DNA of 64,000 bases from Methanobacteriota archaeon (lineage in GTDB: Archaea > Thermoplasmatota > Poseidoniia > Poseidoniales > Thalassarchaeaceae): contig JAOMRN010000001.1 in the NCBI GenBank assembly GCA_028355015.1, positions 1,229 through 65,228 of the forward strand. The letters run 5' to 3'. How positions within the stretch are numbered: position 1 is the stretch's first letter; every line of letters begins with the position of its first letter. Shown here in pieces: positions 1-9,036 of this stretch. The notes under the pieces were generated by a model, which worked only from the letters and a program-made list of their open reading frames with translations, did no database searches and was not told the origin of the DNA. The position numbers and the translations under genes were made by a program.

Positions 1-1
1 A

Positions 2-670
2 AAATTACAGAAAAAAGGATATTCATGTTCTACATTCATGCTATACCTTGGTATGGATAAGTTATATCAACAACCCCACCATCAAATTTATGCATCTAAA
101 GAGTATGAAAATAATCTCAAAGATATAACTCAGCACAAAATAACATGGAATGATCCTTCACTATATGTTCAGAATGCTTGTATCACTGATCCTAGTATGG
201 CACCCGATGGGAAATCTACTCTGTATGTGCTCGTACCAGTTCCTAATACTGATGAAAGTATAGTCTGGGACGATATTAAGGATGATTATAGCGAGGTTAT
301 CTTAGACATGATGCAGGAGAAACTTGGCTTTGGTAACATCCGTGAATCAATTGTCTCCAAAACGATAGTAACTCCCGATGACTGGAACTCATCTGATATC
401 TATCGTGGTGCAGTATTCAACTTAGCACATTCCTTAGATCAGATGCTATGGAGGCGTCCTCACAATAGATTCGAAGAATTGGATAATCTATTCCTCGTGG
501 GTGGAGGTACTCATCCTGGAAGTGGTCTCCCTACGATATTTGAAAGTGGAAGAATTACTAGTAAGCTAGTGCTTTCTGACTTAGGGGTTGAACCAGACTG
601 GAATGGGATAGACACTTGGTTTGGAGATCTTAAGAAGCCGAAAAAAGTAAAATCAGTGGTATCGTTATGA
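2..670 (+). CDS. crtI: Phytoene desaturase-family FAD oxidoreductase (CrtI-like), C-terminal part; the 5' end lies outside the window
   Basis: The reading frame is open from base 2, upstream of the listed Met at 38. C-terminal signature LFLVGGGTHPGSGLPTIFESGRITSKLV is typical of CrtI/CrtD-type desaturases. A phytoene synthase gene lies nearby. Confidence 0.7.
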   Translation, partial: KLQKKGYSCSTFMLYLGMDKLYQQPHHQIYASKEYENNLKDITQHKITWNDPSLYVQNACITDPSMAPDGKSTLYVLVPVPNTDESIVWDDIKDDYSEVILDMMQEKLGFGNIRESIVSKTIVTPDDWNSSDIYRGAVFNLAHSLDQMLWRRPHNRFEELDNLFLVGGGTHPGSGLPTIFESGRITSKLVLSDLGVEPDWNGIDTWFGDLKKPKKVKSVVSL

Positions 671-1260
671 AGACATTAGGGGTTATTTTTCTTCTTTTAA
701 GCAGTGTACTAGCCGGATGCATATCTGAAACACAGGAGTTTATTGATGAAGAAATTCCCTCTAGTTCTCCACCTGAGAGAATGTCATTTACAGCACCATT
801 GATGTCCAACTATTCAAATAATACCGATTTAATCTTAGAAGAGTATGTTTCTGAAGGCCCAGTGCTTTTGATTTGGGTGGCTGCAGGTTGTATGGGATGC
901 CATTCTTGGACTGACATAATTTCAGATGAGGTTAACAATGGAAACATTAGCAATACCTCATTACTCAGTATACATAGATATCCTTCTTTTGAATCCGTTT
1001 CTTACGTTGAAGAGGTATATGGTAATCATGAAAATGCAACTAATCCTGTTTCTTGGCCTCTGGTACTTCCTCCTGAAGATACCCCGGTAATCGATCTAGA
1101 ATCGAGATCAGAAAGTACAGTCTCATTTTACGATTCCTTCGGTTATCCATCGACACCTACTCTTCAGATAATGGATACTTTTGGAAAGATAATTTGGACA
1201 TCTAAAACCTATTGGCCAACAACCGAAGTACTGGAAGAAATAAAGAATATAATTAATTGA
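667..1260 (+). CDS. Putative lipoprotein with thioredoxin-like CxxC motif
   Basis: N-terminal signal with lipobox-like LLLSSVLAGC. LLIWVAAGCMGCHSW contains a CxxC motif in a TlpA/thioredoxin-like context. The 4-nt overlap with the upstream crtI-like gene suggests co-translation. Confidence 0.5.
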   Translation: MKTLGVIFLLLSSVLAGCISETQEFIDEEIPSSSPPERMSFTAPLMSNYSNNTDLILEEYVSEGPVLLIWVAAGCMGCHSWTDIISDEVNNGNISNTSLLSIHRYPSFESVSYVEEVYGNHENATNPVSWPLVLPPEDTPVIDLESRSESTVSFYDSFGYPSTPTLQIMDTFGKIIWTSKTYWPTTEVLEEIKNIIN

Positions 1261-1269
1261 AGTGATAAT

Positions 1270-1698
1270 ATGGATGTTTATGATTTTTCGTTTTTCTTGT
1301 CCACAATGTGGGTTGGACCTTTTTGGATAGCAATGTTGCTGTACCCTAATCACGAGATGACTCACAAATTAATGCAGGGTCCTTGGTTTTTCTTCGGCCC
1401 TATTGCCATATGGTACATTCTCTCTCTTTCAGATATATCTGGTTTAGTTAATTTAATCTCAGATACCTTAGATCCTTCAAATGCCTTACAGGGTCTTGCC
1501 GATCTTTTAGGGACAAAGCCTGGAGCATCAGCTGCTTGGGCTCACATGGTTGCAGGTGATATCTTCGTAACTCGATGGATATGGAAAAGATGTATTGAAT
1601 CTGAATGTGAAAAATGGAAATCAATCATCTCGATATTTTTCGGTGTTATGTTAATGCCAATTGGTTTAGGACTTACATTGATATTAGTAAGAAAATAA
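1270..1698 (+). CDS. ABA4-like membrane protein (DUF4281 family)
   Basis: Four hydrophobic helices. Segments GASAAWAHMVAGDIFVTRWIW and FFGVMLMPIGLG resemble the conserved ASAWIHLLVVDLFAARQVY and LLFCPVGI blocks of plant/cyanobacterial ABA4-like proteins as I recall them. Sits between crtI and crtB. Confidence 0.6.
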   Translation: MDVYDFSFFLSTMWVGPFWIAMLLYPNHEMTHKLMQGPWFFFGPIAIWYILSLSDISGLVNLISDTLDPSNALQGLADLLGTKPGASAAWAHMVAGDIFVTRWIWKRCIESECEKWKSIISIFFGVMLMPIGLGLTLILVRK

Positions 1699-1722
1699 TT
1701 TTTAATAAAAAATTATTTTTTA

Positions 1723-2742
1723 TTATTCTTTAGACAATGACCATAATCCAAGAGCCGAAAGAGCGAAACCAATTTTTTTCATAAAACCCAATTGTAACCT
1801 CTTAGATAGGATATCTCCATTTCTTTTCTCAGCTTCAGACAGAATACTTGAGTAAACGGCACACATCATTTGAGGATTCCTTCTAGAATCATTTTCGATT
1901 AATGGGATCAAATTCAAAGCATTATTTTTATGCGTCCGTGTTCTACTGATGTAGTGTTTCATAAATCGCTTCCATTTCTTACTATTAGCCAAATTCGTAT
2001 TTTCAATTTCTTGCGGTTGTATACCAAACATTTCTAATTCGCCAGTTGGTAAATATAGTCTACCTCTTTCTCTATCTTCTTGTATGTCTCTAAGTACATT
2101 TACCATTTGTAAGAATATACCCATTTCTTCAGCATACTCTCGTGCATCTGGATTAGAATAACCATATATTTCTATGAGACTTAGCCCAACAGTAGAGGCT
2201 ACTTTGAAGCAGTAACTTCTCAAATCCTCGAAATTTTCGTAATTAGTTGGAAATAAATCATCTTCCATTCCTTCAATGAGTAATTTTAAATCTGAAATTC
2301 TAATAGGGAACTTTTTCATTGTATCTTCTAGTGCAATGAAAATAGGATGATTTACAGGCATATTTTTTTCTATAGAATCAAGATTATCTCTGAACCATAA
2401 CAATGCTCTTACTCTTTGAAAATGACTTTTATCATCATTTACTGGTTCACTCATTCTTTCTATCGCCAGAGCAATAGATCTGTATTCTGCTCTTTCATTC
2501 AGAGAACTCAAATCTTTAGCATTTAAGTTGGATAAATTAGGTAGCCAATCTCCGTCGACAATATCATCTACCTTTCTACAGAAAGCGTACAATGCATGCA
2601 CAGAACATCGTTTTTCCAAAGGTAATGATTTGAATGAACGCAAGAATGAAGTCGATGCAGATTTAGTGATATCTTCGCATATCTGGTATGCTTGAGGTAT
2701 TGAAATCGGTCCGAGAATTTTCGGCTCGTTGAGCAATACCAT
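1723..2742 (-). CDS. crtB: Phytoene/squalene synthase family (phytoene synthase)
   Basis: Motifs YAFCRKVDDIVD (first Asp-rich box), YCFKVASTVGL and LQMVNVLRDIQEDRERGRLYLP (second Asp-rich region) are hallmarks of the family. Confidence 0.85.
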   Translation of the reverse strand: MVLLNEPKILGPISIPQAYQICEDITKSASTSFLRSFKSLPLEKRCSVHALYAFCRKVDDIVDGDWLPNLSNLNAKDLSSLNERAEYRSIALAIERMSEPVNDDKSHFQRVRALLWFRDNLDSIEKNMPVNHPIFIALEDTMKKFPIRISDLKLLIEGMEDDLFPTNYENFEDLRSYCFKVASTVGLSLIEIYGYSNPDAREYAEEMGIFLQMVNVLRDIQEDRERGRLYLPTGELEMFGIQPQEIENTNLANSKKWKRFMKHYISRTRTHKNNALNLIPLIENDSRRNPQMMCAVYSSILSEAEKRNGDILSKRLQLGFMKKIGFALSALGLWSLSKE

Positions 2743-2847
2743 GCACTTGTGAAATATACATAGAATATGAAGGGGTGTTTATCGATTGCTGAATTTGCAG
2801 AGTTATCTGTCCCTTATGTTGAAGGATGAAACCTCTTCCGGACGACT

Positions 2848-3177
2848 ATGGGAGATGGAAACATACTCACAGATTTGGAACGCAGTGATGAAGATTGTGT
2901 ACTGAGATTTGATGACGGGCAATCTTTCACATTGAGTTATGTCTCAATAAGATCTAGGTGTCAATGTGCTAAGTGTAAGCCTAGGCAAGAGAATGAACAG
3001 AAAATTCTTGAATTAGAAGAAGAAATTTCCCGATTAATGCTAGAAAAACCGAAAGTCGAGCTAGTTGGGAGATATGGTCTCAGATTTGAATGGCCTACTG
3101 GTTGTTCCTCTGGAATACATTCATTTTCCCACTTGAGAAAGGTTTGTGAAGAACTCGGTAAATCTTTGAGTCAGTAA
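2848..3177 (+). CDS. DUF971-like small protein
   Basis: The pattern FDDGQSFTLSYVSIRSRCQCAKCKP ... YGLRFEWPTGCSSGIHSFSHLRK matches the two-block architecture of DUF971 (gamma-butyrobetaine hydroxylase N-terminal-like) proteins. Confidence 0.5.
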   Translation: MGDGNILTDLERSDEDCVLRFDDGQSFTLSYVSIRSRCQCAKCKPRQENEQKILELEEEISRLMLEKPKVELVGRYGLRFEWPTGCSSGIHSFSHLRKVCEELGKSLSQ

Positions 3178-3257
3178 TTTAAGTATCCGAAGTGCTGAAA
3201 TGCAGCCTCTGATTCGCAGGTACATCGAATATACGGGTCAACTCCGTTTTTCGATAG

Positions 3258-4688
3258 GTGATGAAGATGAAAGAAGATAATCATAAGGCCGATTCCGATG
3301 ATGAGGATTCTTGGGCTCTTTATGCAGATGCAGGATATGGTCAGTCCGAGGTAGAAGTCGATGAAAATCTGGAAATTAATCCTTTAGAAGAGGAAGTTTG
3401 GTATGATGGCGATGATTTTGAGTTTGAAGGTGCAACAATAAACTGGGATGCACCACCGTGCCCTGCACCTCTAGGAATAGAACATATCATTCGTATCGGT
3501 TGTTGTGATTTTTGTGTTCAGAGGCTTTCTGGAAGGCGCACAGCATCAAAAGGAGAAGAAGGCGGGCAAGAAATAAGAAAAGAAGCTTATCAAAGAAACT
3601 CTGAATTAGAATCATCTGTCAAAAATGACCTCTGCCCAATGTGTGAGAATTTATTTGATGACATTGATAATATAGTGGTAAGAATTATTGATAAAATTGG
3701 TGAAGTAGAACATTCAACGATTCAACTTGGCATTCACCTACCTAAGGATTTAGTGGAAGAAGAAGATAGGATTCGCTCAAGACACGGCTCTCCTGGCTCT
3801 GCCCCTCTCAAACCTTCATTCGTCAGCCAAATACAATCTAAACTTTCAAACTTAGTTAATGGGGTCACTTATGTTAAAGAAAGGCCAGATTTAATGATTT
3901 TAGTAGATGGATTAACTTTGATGGTTGAGGTAGATATCCGGCCTGTGTTCATGTATGGGCGATATCGTAAATTAATTCGAGATCTTCCTCAAACTCGATG
4001 GCCATGCCGTGCTTGTCGTGGACGTGCACAAGGATGTGAATCATGTAATGAGACGGGGTTACAGTATCCAGATTCTGTTCAAGATCTAATTGGTGAGCCA
4101 ATTCGTCTTTCTTTAGGTGCAGAAGATACATCTTTCCATGGAATGGGCCGAGAAGACATAGATGTTAGATGCCTAGGAATGGGACGCCCTTTTGTTATTG
4201 AAATTAAAAAACCAGGAACTAGATTGGCTAATCTTGAAGAAATTCAGAAAGCAGTAAATGAAAATGCAGTAGATAAGGTTGAAATTAATAGTTTGAGATG
4301 GTCAGATCGCCGAGAAGTCGTTAAAGTCAAAGAAAGTCGTTCTGAGAAATCATATACAATACGATTCAAAGTAGATGGCATACCAGATGAGAAAACAGCA
4401 ATTGAAGCAATTTCGTCGCTTTCAGGTGTAGAGTTATCTCAAGAGACTCCTAAGCGTGTCGCTCACCGCCGAGCGGCGAAAAATAGGAAAAGAAAAGTAG
4501 TCTCACTTTCTGATATTATTGTTGAAGAAGATGAAATCCAATTTTCGGTTAGATGTGAGGCTGGAACGTATGTCAAGGAACTAGTTCACTCCGATGAAGG
4601 CCGAACAGTGCCCTCTGTTCGTAGCGTGTTAGGGGACAAAGAATGCACAGTTCTTTGGCTAGATGTTGAAGAGATTCACTATGAATGA
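3258..4688 (+). CDS. pus10: tRNA pseudouridine(54/55) synthase Pus10
   Basis: N-terminal Zn-binding CDFCVQR...CPMCENL. Catalytic region GREDIDVRCLGMGRPFVIEIKKP and C-terminal AGTYVKELVHSDEGRTVPS are present. It sits upstream of rpl21e, as in many Euryarchaeota. The listed start is GTG. Confidence 0.85.
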   Translation: MMKMKEDNHKADSDDEDSWALYADAGYGQSEVEVDENLEINPLEEEVWYDGDDFEFEGATINWDAPPCPAPLGIEHIIRIGCCDFCVQRLSGRRTASKGEEGGQEIRKEAYQRNSELESSVKNDLCPMCENLFDDIDNIVVRIIDKIGEVEHSTIQLGIHLPKDLVEEEDRIRSRHGSPGSAPLKPSFVSQIQSKLSNLVNGVTYVKERPDLMILVDGLTLMVEVDIRPVFMYGRYRKLIRDLPQTRWPCRACRGRAQGCESCNETGLQYPDSVQDLIGEPIRLSLGAEDTSFHGMGREDIDVRCLGMGRPFVIEIKKPGTRLANLEEIQKAVNENAVDKVEINSLRWSDRREVVKVKESRSEKSYTIRFKVDGIPDEKTAIEAISSLSGVELSQETPKRVAHRRAAKNRKRKVVSLSDIIVEEDEIQFSVRCEAGTYVKELVHSDEGRTVPSVRSVLGDKECTVLWLDVEEIHYE

Positions 4689-4767
4689 GTTATTTATCAA
4701 ATCCGAGTCCTTAAGAATACGAGGCAGGTCGACCGCTTCCAAGACCTATGGTCTGTAAGGTGATATC

Positions 4768-5064
4768 ATGGTAACAAGGACGCATGGACAACGCCAAGGA
4801 ACACGTTCAATTCTTAAGAAAAGTAAGCGTGATAAAGGCCGAGTTTTCATTAATAGAGTAATGTACCCGTATGCTGAAGGAGATAGAGTTGCTATCGTAT
4901 TAGATGGTGCGCAACACAAAGGCATGCCTCACCGTCGATTCCAAGGCCGTACAGGTACTATTGCAGGAAAGCAAGGTCGAGCTTATGTTGTTAATTTCAA
5001 AGATGGTAATATGAAAAAGACCGTAGTTGCTCGTCCGGAGCATCTTAAACCAATTAAGGGATGA
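4768..5064 (+). CDS. rpl21e: 50S ribosomal protein L21e
   Basis: N-terminus MVTRTHGQRQGTRSILKK, a 98-aa basic protein, in the conserved synteny with rpoF/DUF655/ksgA. Confidence 0.9.
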   Translation: MVTRTHGQRQGTRSILKKSKRDKGRVFINRVMYPYAEGDRVAIVLDGAQHKGMPHRRFQGRTGTIAGKQGRAYVVNFKDGNMKKTVVARPEHLKPIKG

Positions 5065-5423
5065 TTTTAATGAGTGAGAAAGAATTTGTAGATTTTGCTA
5101 CTGTACGTGAACTTTTATCCGATGCACGCGAAAGACGTGGAGATCTTTCCTATGAGCAAATCATGGCCCTTCAACATGCAGAGTGGGCAGCATCCACTAA
5201 TCGTGGCGGAACAAAAACTGATGCTAAGGTTTTCGTTGCACTATACAATGCCCTATCTGAAAATGAAAAACTATCTCAATACCCTGAAATATGCTCTAAA
5301 TTGGCAGAATTAACTCCGTTAAATGTCAAAGGAGTTAGAGTTATAATTTCAAGTAAAAGAATTGCAATGGATACTTCAGAGGTAGAAGATATCATTACTA
5401 CCATTCGTCAACACGTACTTTGA
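5061..5423 (+). CDS. rpoF: DNA-directed RNA polymerase subunit F (Rpo4)
   Basis: A 120-aa acidic protein that overlaps the rpl21e stop by 4 nt and occupies the rpoF slot in the conserved archaeal rpl21e-rpoF-DUF655-ksgA cluster. The call rests mainly on synteny and size. Confidence 0.6.
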   Translation: MILMSEKEFVDFATVRELLSDARERRGDLSYEQIMALQHAEWAASTNRGGTKTDAKVFVALYNALSENEKLSQYPEICSKLAELTPLNVKGVRVIISSKRIAMDTSEVEDIITTIRQHVL

Positions 5424-5485
5424 GTATAGAAATCCGTGTGTTTCTTCAATGAGTTAATTCTTGAATAAAGACCTGTCTGAGGTAG

Positions 5486-6067
5486 TTGAGCGTAATGCAT
5501 GCGAGTTCCCCTTCTGAGGCCGGAGATGGCCCAATATCTCCTTTTTCAGGTGAAACACATTTGAGAATATTGGATATGTCCGATAGAAGGCCTGTTGGGC
5601 ATGAAGTACATGCACTAACTGAACCGTCTCTATATTTGGTTCGTGCTAAAGTATTAGTCAAAGATGGTGTAAGTAATGGCGTAAAAGTTGCAGTATCCGA
5701 AAATAAACTAGGGCCAATGTCTCTACTCCGATATCGTGATCTTTCAACAACCAGTGAAGATGAACTTCTCAATGAACTAGTTGGTGCCATAAGGGATAAC
5801 TCAGAACTACATCTTGGATTTTATAATCGTGCTAATAATATTTCTTTGAAAGTACATGCTTTCCAACTTCTTCCAGGGATAGGCAAGTCTAAGGCGCAAA
5901 AAATGGTACAATCCCGTGGAATGGCCGGATGGATGGAGTTTTCAGAAGTAGACGAGGCTTGTGAAATTGATTCAGTCAAGTTACTAGCAGAGAGGTACCT
6001 TATAGAAATCGAAGATCCACTAAACAATCGTAGTATTCTTGATCATCTAATACGTACGTCTAATTAA
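5486..6067 (+). CDS. DUF655 family protein (helix-hairpin-helix nucleic-acid-binding)
   Basis: FYNRANNISLKVHAFQLLPGIGKSKAQKMVQSR matches the FFN..P.T.R.H.LELLPGIGKK block of DUF655. It holds the conserved position between rpoF and ksgA. Confidence 0.75.
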   Translation: MSVMHASSPSEAGDGPISPFSGETHLRILDMSDRRPVGHEVHALTEPSLYLVRAKVLVKDGVSNGVKVAVSENKLGPMSLLRYRDLSTTSEDELLNELVGAIRDNSELHLGFYNRANNISLKVHAFQLLPGIGKSKAQKMVQSRGMAGWMEFSEVDEACEIDSVKLLAERYLIEIEDPLNNRSILDHLIRTSN

Positions 6068-6079
6068 TTAGGAATTAAT

Positions 6080-6985
6080 ATGGATGATTTAACTCCCCGA
6101 CTTCTTGTCGATTTACTTAGAGACCATATTGTTCCCGACAAATCATTGGGTCAACATTTTCTTTTAGATACGAAGATAATCTCTCGCTCTATTGAAATTT
6201 GTAGTGAAGAGGGGTTCCCAATTAATTCGAAATCTAAAGTTCTTGAGATAGGGCCAGGCCCCGGTTCATTGACATTATATCTTTTGAGAAATGAAGCCTA
6301 TGTTTTTGGCATAGAAATTGACGAGGAAGCGATTCTTCATTTAGATAGAGTATTTGGAGATGCTAATGGCCAACTAGAAATTATTTCTGGAGACGCTCTT
6401 AGGCTAAATTGGCCTTTGGGTTTGACACATATAGTAGCAAATTTACCTTACCAAATTTCAAGCCCAGTCTTAGATAAAATTCAACAATATCATTTTAAAA
6501 ACCCTCTAAATGTCATCGTATTACTTGTCCAAGATGAATTTGCAGAAAGAATGTCCATGGAACATTATGGATCTCTAAGCCCTCTAGGTTTATCCCTATG
6601 GCTCGATTTTGACGTTAAATTAGATAAAAAAGTACCTGGCGGTGCTTTCAGTCCTGCTCCTCGTGTTAATTCTAGAATTGTATCTCTGGTGCCAGTAGAT
6701 CGTTCTCAGGAGAATGGAGAGATTTCTCGTAAGATGTTTAAGATAATAACTCAACATTGTTTTTCAAGCCGTCGGAAAAAAATTAGAACATTATTATCCC
6801 AAGTCCCTCGAAGAATTAGTCGAATAAAAGGATGGCATAAATCACGTTGGAAGGCAGCTGTGGAAGATTTATTGTTAAATCCACCAGATACATTTTCTAA
6901 TGAATGGTTTGAAAACAGACCAGACATGCTAGAACCTGAAGAATGGGCAATAATTGCTAATAGAATATCTTCATTTAATGAATAA
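6080..6985 (+). CDS. rsmA: 16S rRNA (adenine1518/1519-N6)-dimethyltransferase KsgA/Dim1
   Basis: Motifs LGQHFL, SAM-binding VLEIGPGPGSLT and catalytic ANLPYQISSP. Confidence 0.9.
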   Translation: MDDLTPRLLVDLLRDHIVPDKSLGQHFLLDTKIISRSIEICSEEGFPINSKSKVLEIGPGPGSLTLYLLRNEAYVFGIEIDEEAILHLDRVFGDANGQLEIISGDALRLNWPLGLTHIVANLPYQISSPVLDKIQQYHFKNPLNVIVLLVQDEFAERMSMEHYGSLSPLGLSLWLDFDVKLDKKVPGGAFSPAPRVNSRIVSLVPVDRSQENGEISRKMFKIITQHCFSSRRKKIRTLLSQVPRRISRIKGWHKSRWKAAVEDLLLNPPDTFSNEWFENRPDMLEPEEWAIIANRISSFNE

Positions 6986-7077
6986 ATAAGATAATTATGA
7001 CCGCGACTTGATATTATACGCATGGTTCCGCGGGACTACTGCGCAGCGGACATACATTCGCGCAAGGGGGCACTAAT

Positions 7078-8172
7078 ATGGCAAAGAAGGACACCTATCT
7101 CGCATTATTACGCCGTGGGATAGATGAAAAAACTGCTCAAATCCTGTCAGATGGTGGAATTAAAGTTGGTGATTTGAAAAATCTTGATGTCGAGACGTTA
7201 ACTAATAATTATGGTCTTAAGAAAGAAATAGCAACCTCTGTATTAGACGCGGTTAAATCAGGCCCTCGCTCTTCATCTAAGCAAAGATATCTTGCAGATG
7301 TTCTTTCGGATACCGGTGGGGTGAAGAAAGTTGACAAGATTGAAGAGCAGAGATTCAAGAGAGAACAGAAAGATTTGCATTCAGAACTTCTGGAGAAGAA
7401 AGAACAGTTACGAATTGCTAGAGTAGAGCAGTTTCGTGAAAAGAAATTAGTAATGAATAGATTAGGTAAGACTGTTGAACTCATAGTTAAATTAGAAAAT
7501 ACTTTTGATGAAGAGGGTAAAGATGAACAGCGCACTAAACTCAGAGATCAACTAGAGACTAGAGGACTTGAAGCCGCTAGAGATCATGAATTATTGGACT
7601 TATCAGGTACTCCTCAAGATATAGTTGATTTCCGTCGCAAGATCGCTCCAATATTATGTATGCACGCATGTCCAGACTGTGGAGAAGAAATGGACCCTCG
7701 AGGAGGAAATGTCATGGAAGATATGACAGACTTTGTTTTGATTTGTTGGGATTGTGAGAAAGAGTTCCGGGCACCTATGGCAGAAGTTGTAGAAAATAAA
7801 TTAGAAAATGGTGATAGGTTAACAATCGATCCTCAGAGAGGGCCAAGATTAGAAGTAATTCAACCTCCTAAGAAGTCTGAATCACTGAGTGTTGATGACT
7901 TAATTAAAAGAGATCTAAAGAAGACAGGAGCATCTTTCGCAGAAGTTGAAGCAGCGGTTGAAGCGAGTAAGTTGTCTGGTGGATTAATGAGTATTGAAGA
8001 TTGGATTGAACAGAAAATCGAAGATAAAGGATATATCCAAGCTCAAGAACATAGAGAAGAATTCATTCTTGCTACTGGTGCAGGGGCTACTAAATTTAAC
8101 AAATGGATGAAGAAAGCGGGACTGTATTTCAATAAACAAACAGGACGTTGGACTCGTTGGGAAGACCGTTGA
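7078..8172 (+). CDS. Hypothetical protein: N-terminal HhH-like domain, coiled coil, central zinc ribbon
   Basis: The N-terminus GIDEKTAQILSDGGIKVGDLKNLDVETLTNNYGLKKEIATSVLDAV looks helix-hairpin-helix-like. It is followed by a K/E-rich coiled-coil stretch and CPDCGEEM...CWDCEKEF. No family recognised. Confidence 0.6.
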   Translation: MAKKDTYLALLRRGIDEKTAQILSDGGIKVGDLKNLDVETLTNNYGLKKEIATSVLDAVKSGPRSSSKQRYLADVLSDTGGVKKVDKIEEQRFKREQKDLHSELLEKKEQLRIARVEQFREKKLVMNRLGKTVELIVKLENTFDEEGKDEQRTKLRDQLETRGLEAARDHELLDLSGTPQDIVDFRRKIAPILCMHACPDCGEEMDPRGGNVMEDMTDFVLICWDCEKEFRAPMAEVVENKLENGDRLTIDPQRGPRLEVIQPPKKSESLSVDDLIKRDLKKTGASFAEVEAAVEASKLSGGLMSIEDWIEQKIEDKGYIQAQEHREEFILATGAGATKFNKWMKKAGLYFNKQTGRWTRWEDR

Positions 8173-8235
8173 GCATCAGTTTATTCAAATTCTTCTATTG
8201 GATGGATTGAAGATACCCTTCTCTATGGGTGAATC

Positions 8236-8523
8236 ATGGCTATAGTCCGCTTCTTCCGTGGAAGGTTGCTTTTGCGTTCTATTGAACTCAAGGATGATGA
8301 GTTCCTAGTGGATGCTGCAGATCGCGCAGGAATCGATATACCTAGAAATTGTACATCTGGGAATTGTGGAACTTGCCTTGTAAGATTAATTTCAGGGAAT
8401 GTCCCATATCCCGAACCTTTACCTCCGGGCTTGGATGAATTTTTAATTGAAGATGGAGGGATTTTGTCTTGTTGTATGATACCGGAAGGAGCTTGCGACA
8501 TTGATGTCATTCCACCATTATGA
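8236..8523 (+). CDS. Plant-type [2Fe-2S] ferredoxin
   Basis: Cluster motif NCTSGNCGTCLVRLISG (C-x4-C-x2-C) plus a downstream LSCC cysteine; 95 aa. Confidence 0.8.
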   Translation: MAIVRFFRGRLLLRSIELKDDEFLVDAADRAGIDIPRNCTSGNCGTCLVRLISGNVPYPEPLPPGLDEFLIEDGGILSCCMIPEGACDIDVIPPL

Positions 8524-8533
8524 GAGGTAAAAT

Positions 8534-8689
8534 ATGGTTGACTGGAGTAATCAAGAATTTTTATTAATTCTTACTTTCGATATTATAGCCGTGACATTCG
8601 CGGTATGGTGGTTGTCCAGGCGTGTCAAGTCTAAAATTGATGAGGTTAATTTAAGAAAATCGAAGAGATGGGAAAGAGAGGATAAATAA
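8534..8689 (+). CDS. Possible small single-pass membrane protein (51 aa)
   Basis: Hand translation gives MVDWSNQEFLLILTFDIIAVTFAVWWLSRRVKSKIDEVNLRKSKRWEREDK, one hydrophobic helix followed by a basic tail. It starts 11 nt after the ferredoxin stop and is below the ORF-track length cutoff. Confidence 0.35.
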   Translation: MVDWSNQEFLLILTFDIIAVTFAVWWLSRRVKSKIDEVNLRKSKRWEREDK

Positions 8690-8697
8690 TTTTCAGG

Positions 8698-8991
8698 CTA
8701 TTCGTTTATAGCAGCAGTCCATCTTTTTGCTTGCGGTATTGAGATTACTTCAATATGGCAGGCTAAGATCCCTTTCGTAGAAGTAATTTCCTTTCTCAAT
8801 TCAATCAAGTCATTAATGCAACATGGGCAGTAAGGGTGTGTAGGTTTCACCCAAAGTTCTGCAATTCCTGATTCACTTATCTCGACACCTTTCAAGATTT
8901 CTTTATCTTTGAATAATTTTCCATGTGGCTCTTTTCTTTCCCTAAGGATCTTAGCTAGTCGGCGTTGAACAGCATTAGATACTTGAGACAC
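8698..8991 (-). CDS. Hypothetical small protein with PYCPCC motif
   Basis: 97-aa ORF in a clean intergenic slot. It contains HPYCPCCINDL, possibly metal-binding. No family confidently recognised. Confidence 0.5.
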   Translation of the reverse strand: MSQVSNAVQRRLAKILRERKEPHGKLFKDKEILKGVEISESGIAELWVKPTHPYCPCCINDLIELRKEITSTKGILACHIEVISIPQAKRWTAAINE

Positions 8992-9036
8992 GACACGTCG
9001 TAGAGGTATCGGGAATTAGTATAATCCCTTGATAGT

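Noticed and set aside
5446-5790. Antisense and shadow ORFs inside larger genes: 5446..5790 -, 9314..9913 +, 16341..16766 -, 21645..21923 -, 23771..24121 -, 28483..28794 +, 43369..43752 -, 47263..47589 -, 49033..49473 -, 49522..49914 -, 56953..57255 -, 58542..58853 -
   Set aside because: Each lies opposite or out of frame to a gene with strong family motifs or conserved synteny. Each has a low-complexity, Ser/Leu/Ile-rich translation typical of shadow ORFs in A+T-rich DNA.
7021-7077. G+C-rich stretch (ccgcgggactactgcgcagcgg...cgcaaggggg) considered as a small ncRNA or C/D-box sRNA
   Set aside because: Only a 4-bp stem (CCGC/GCGG) and no C/D boxes were found. It is more simply the 5' leader or promoter region of the 7078 gene.
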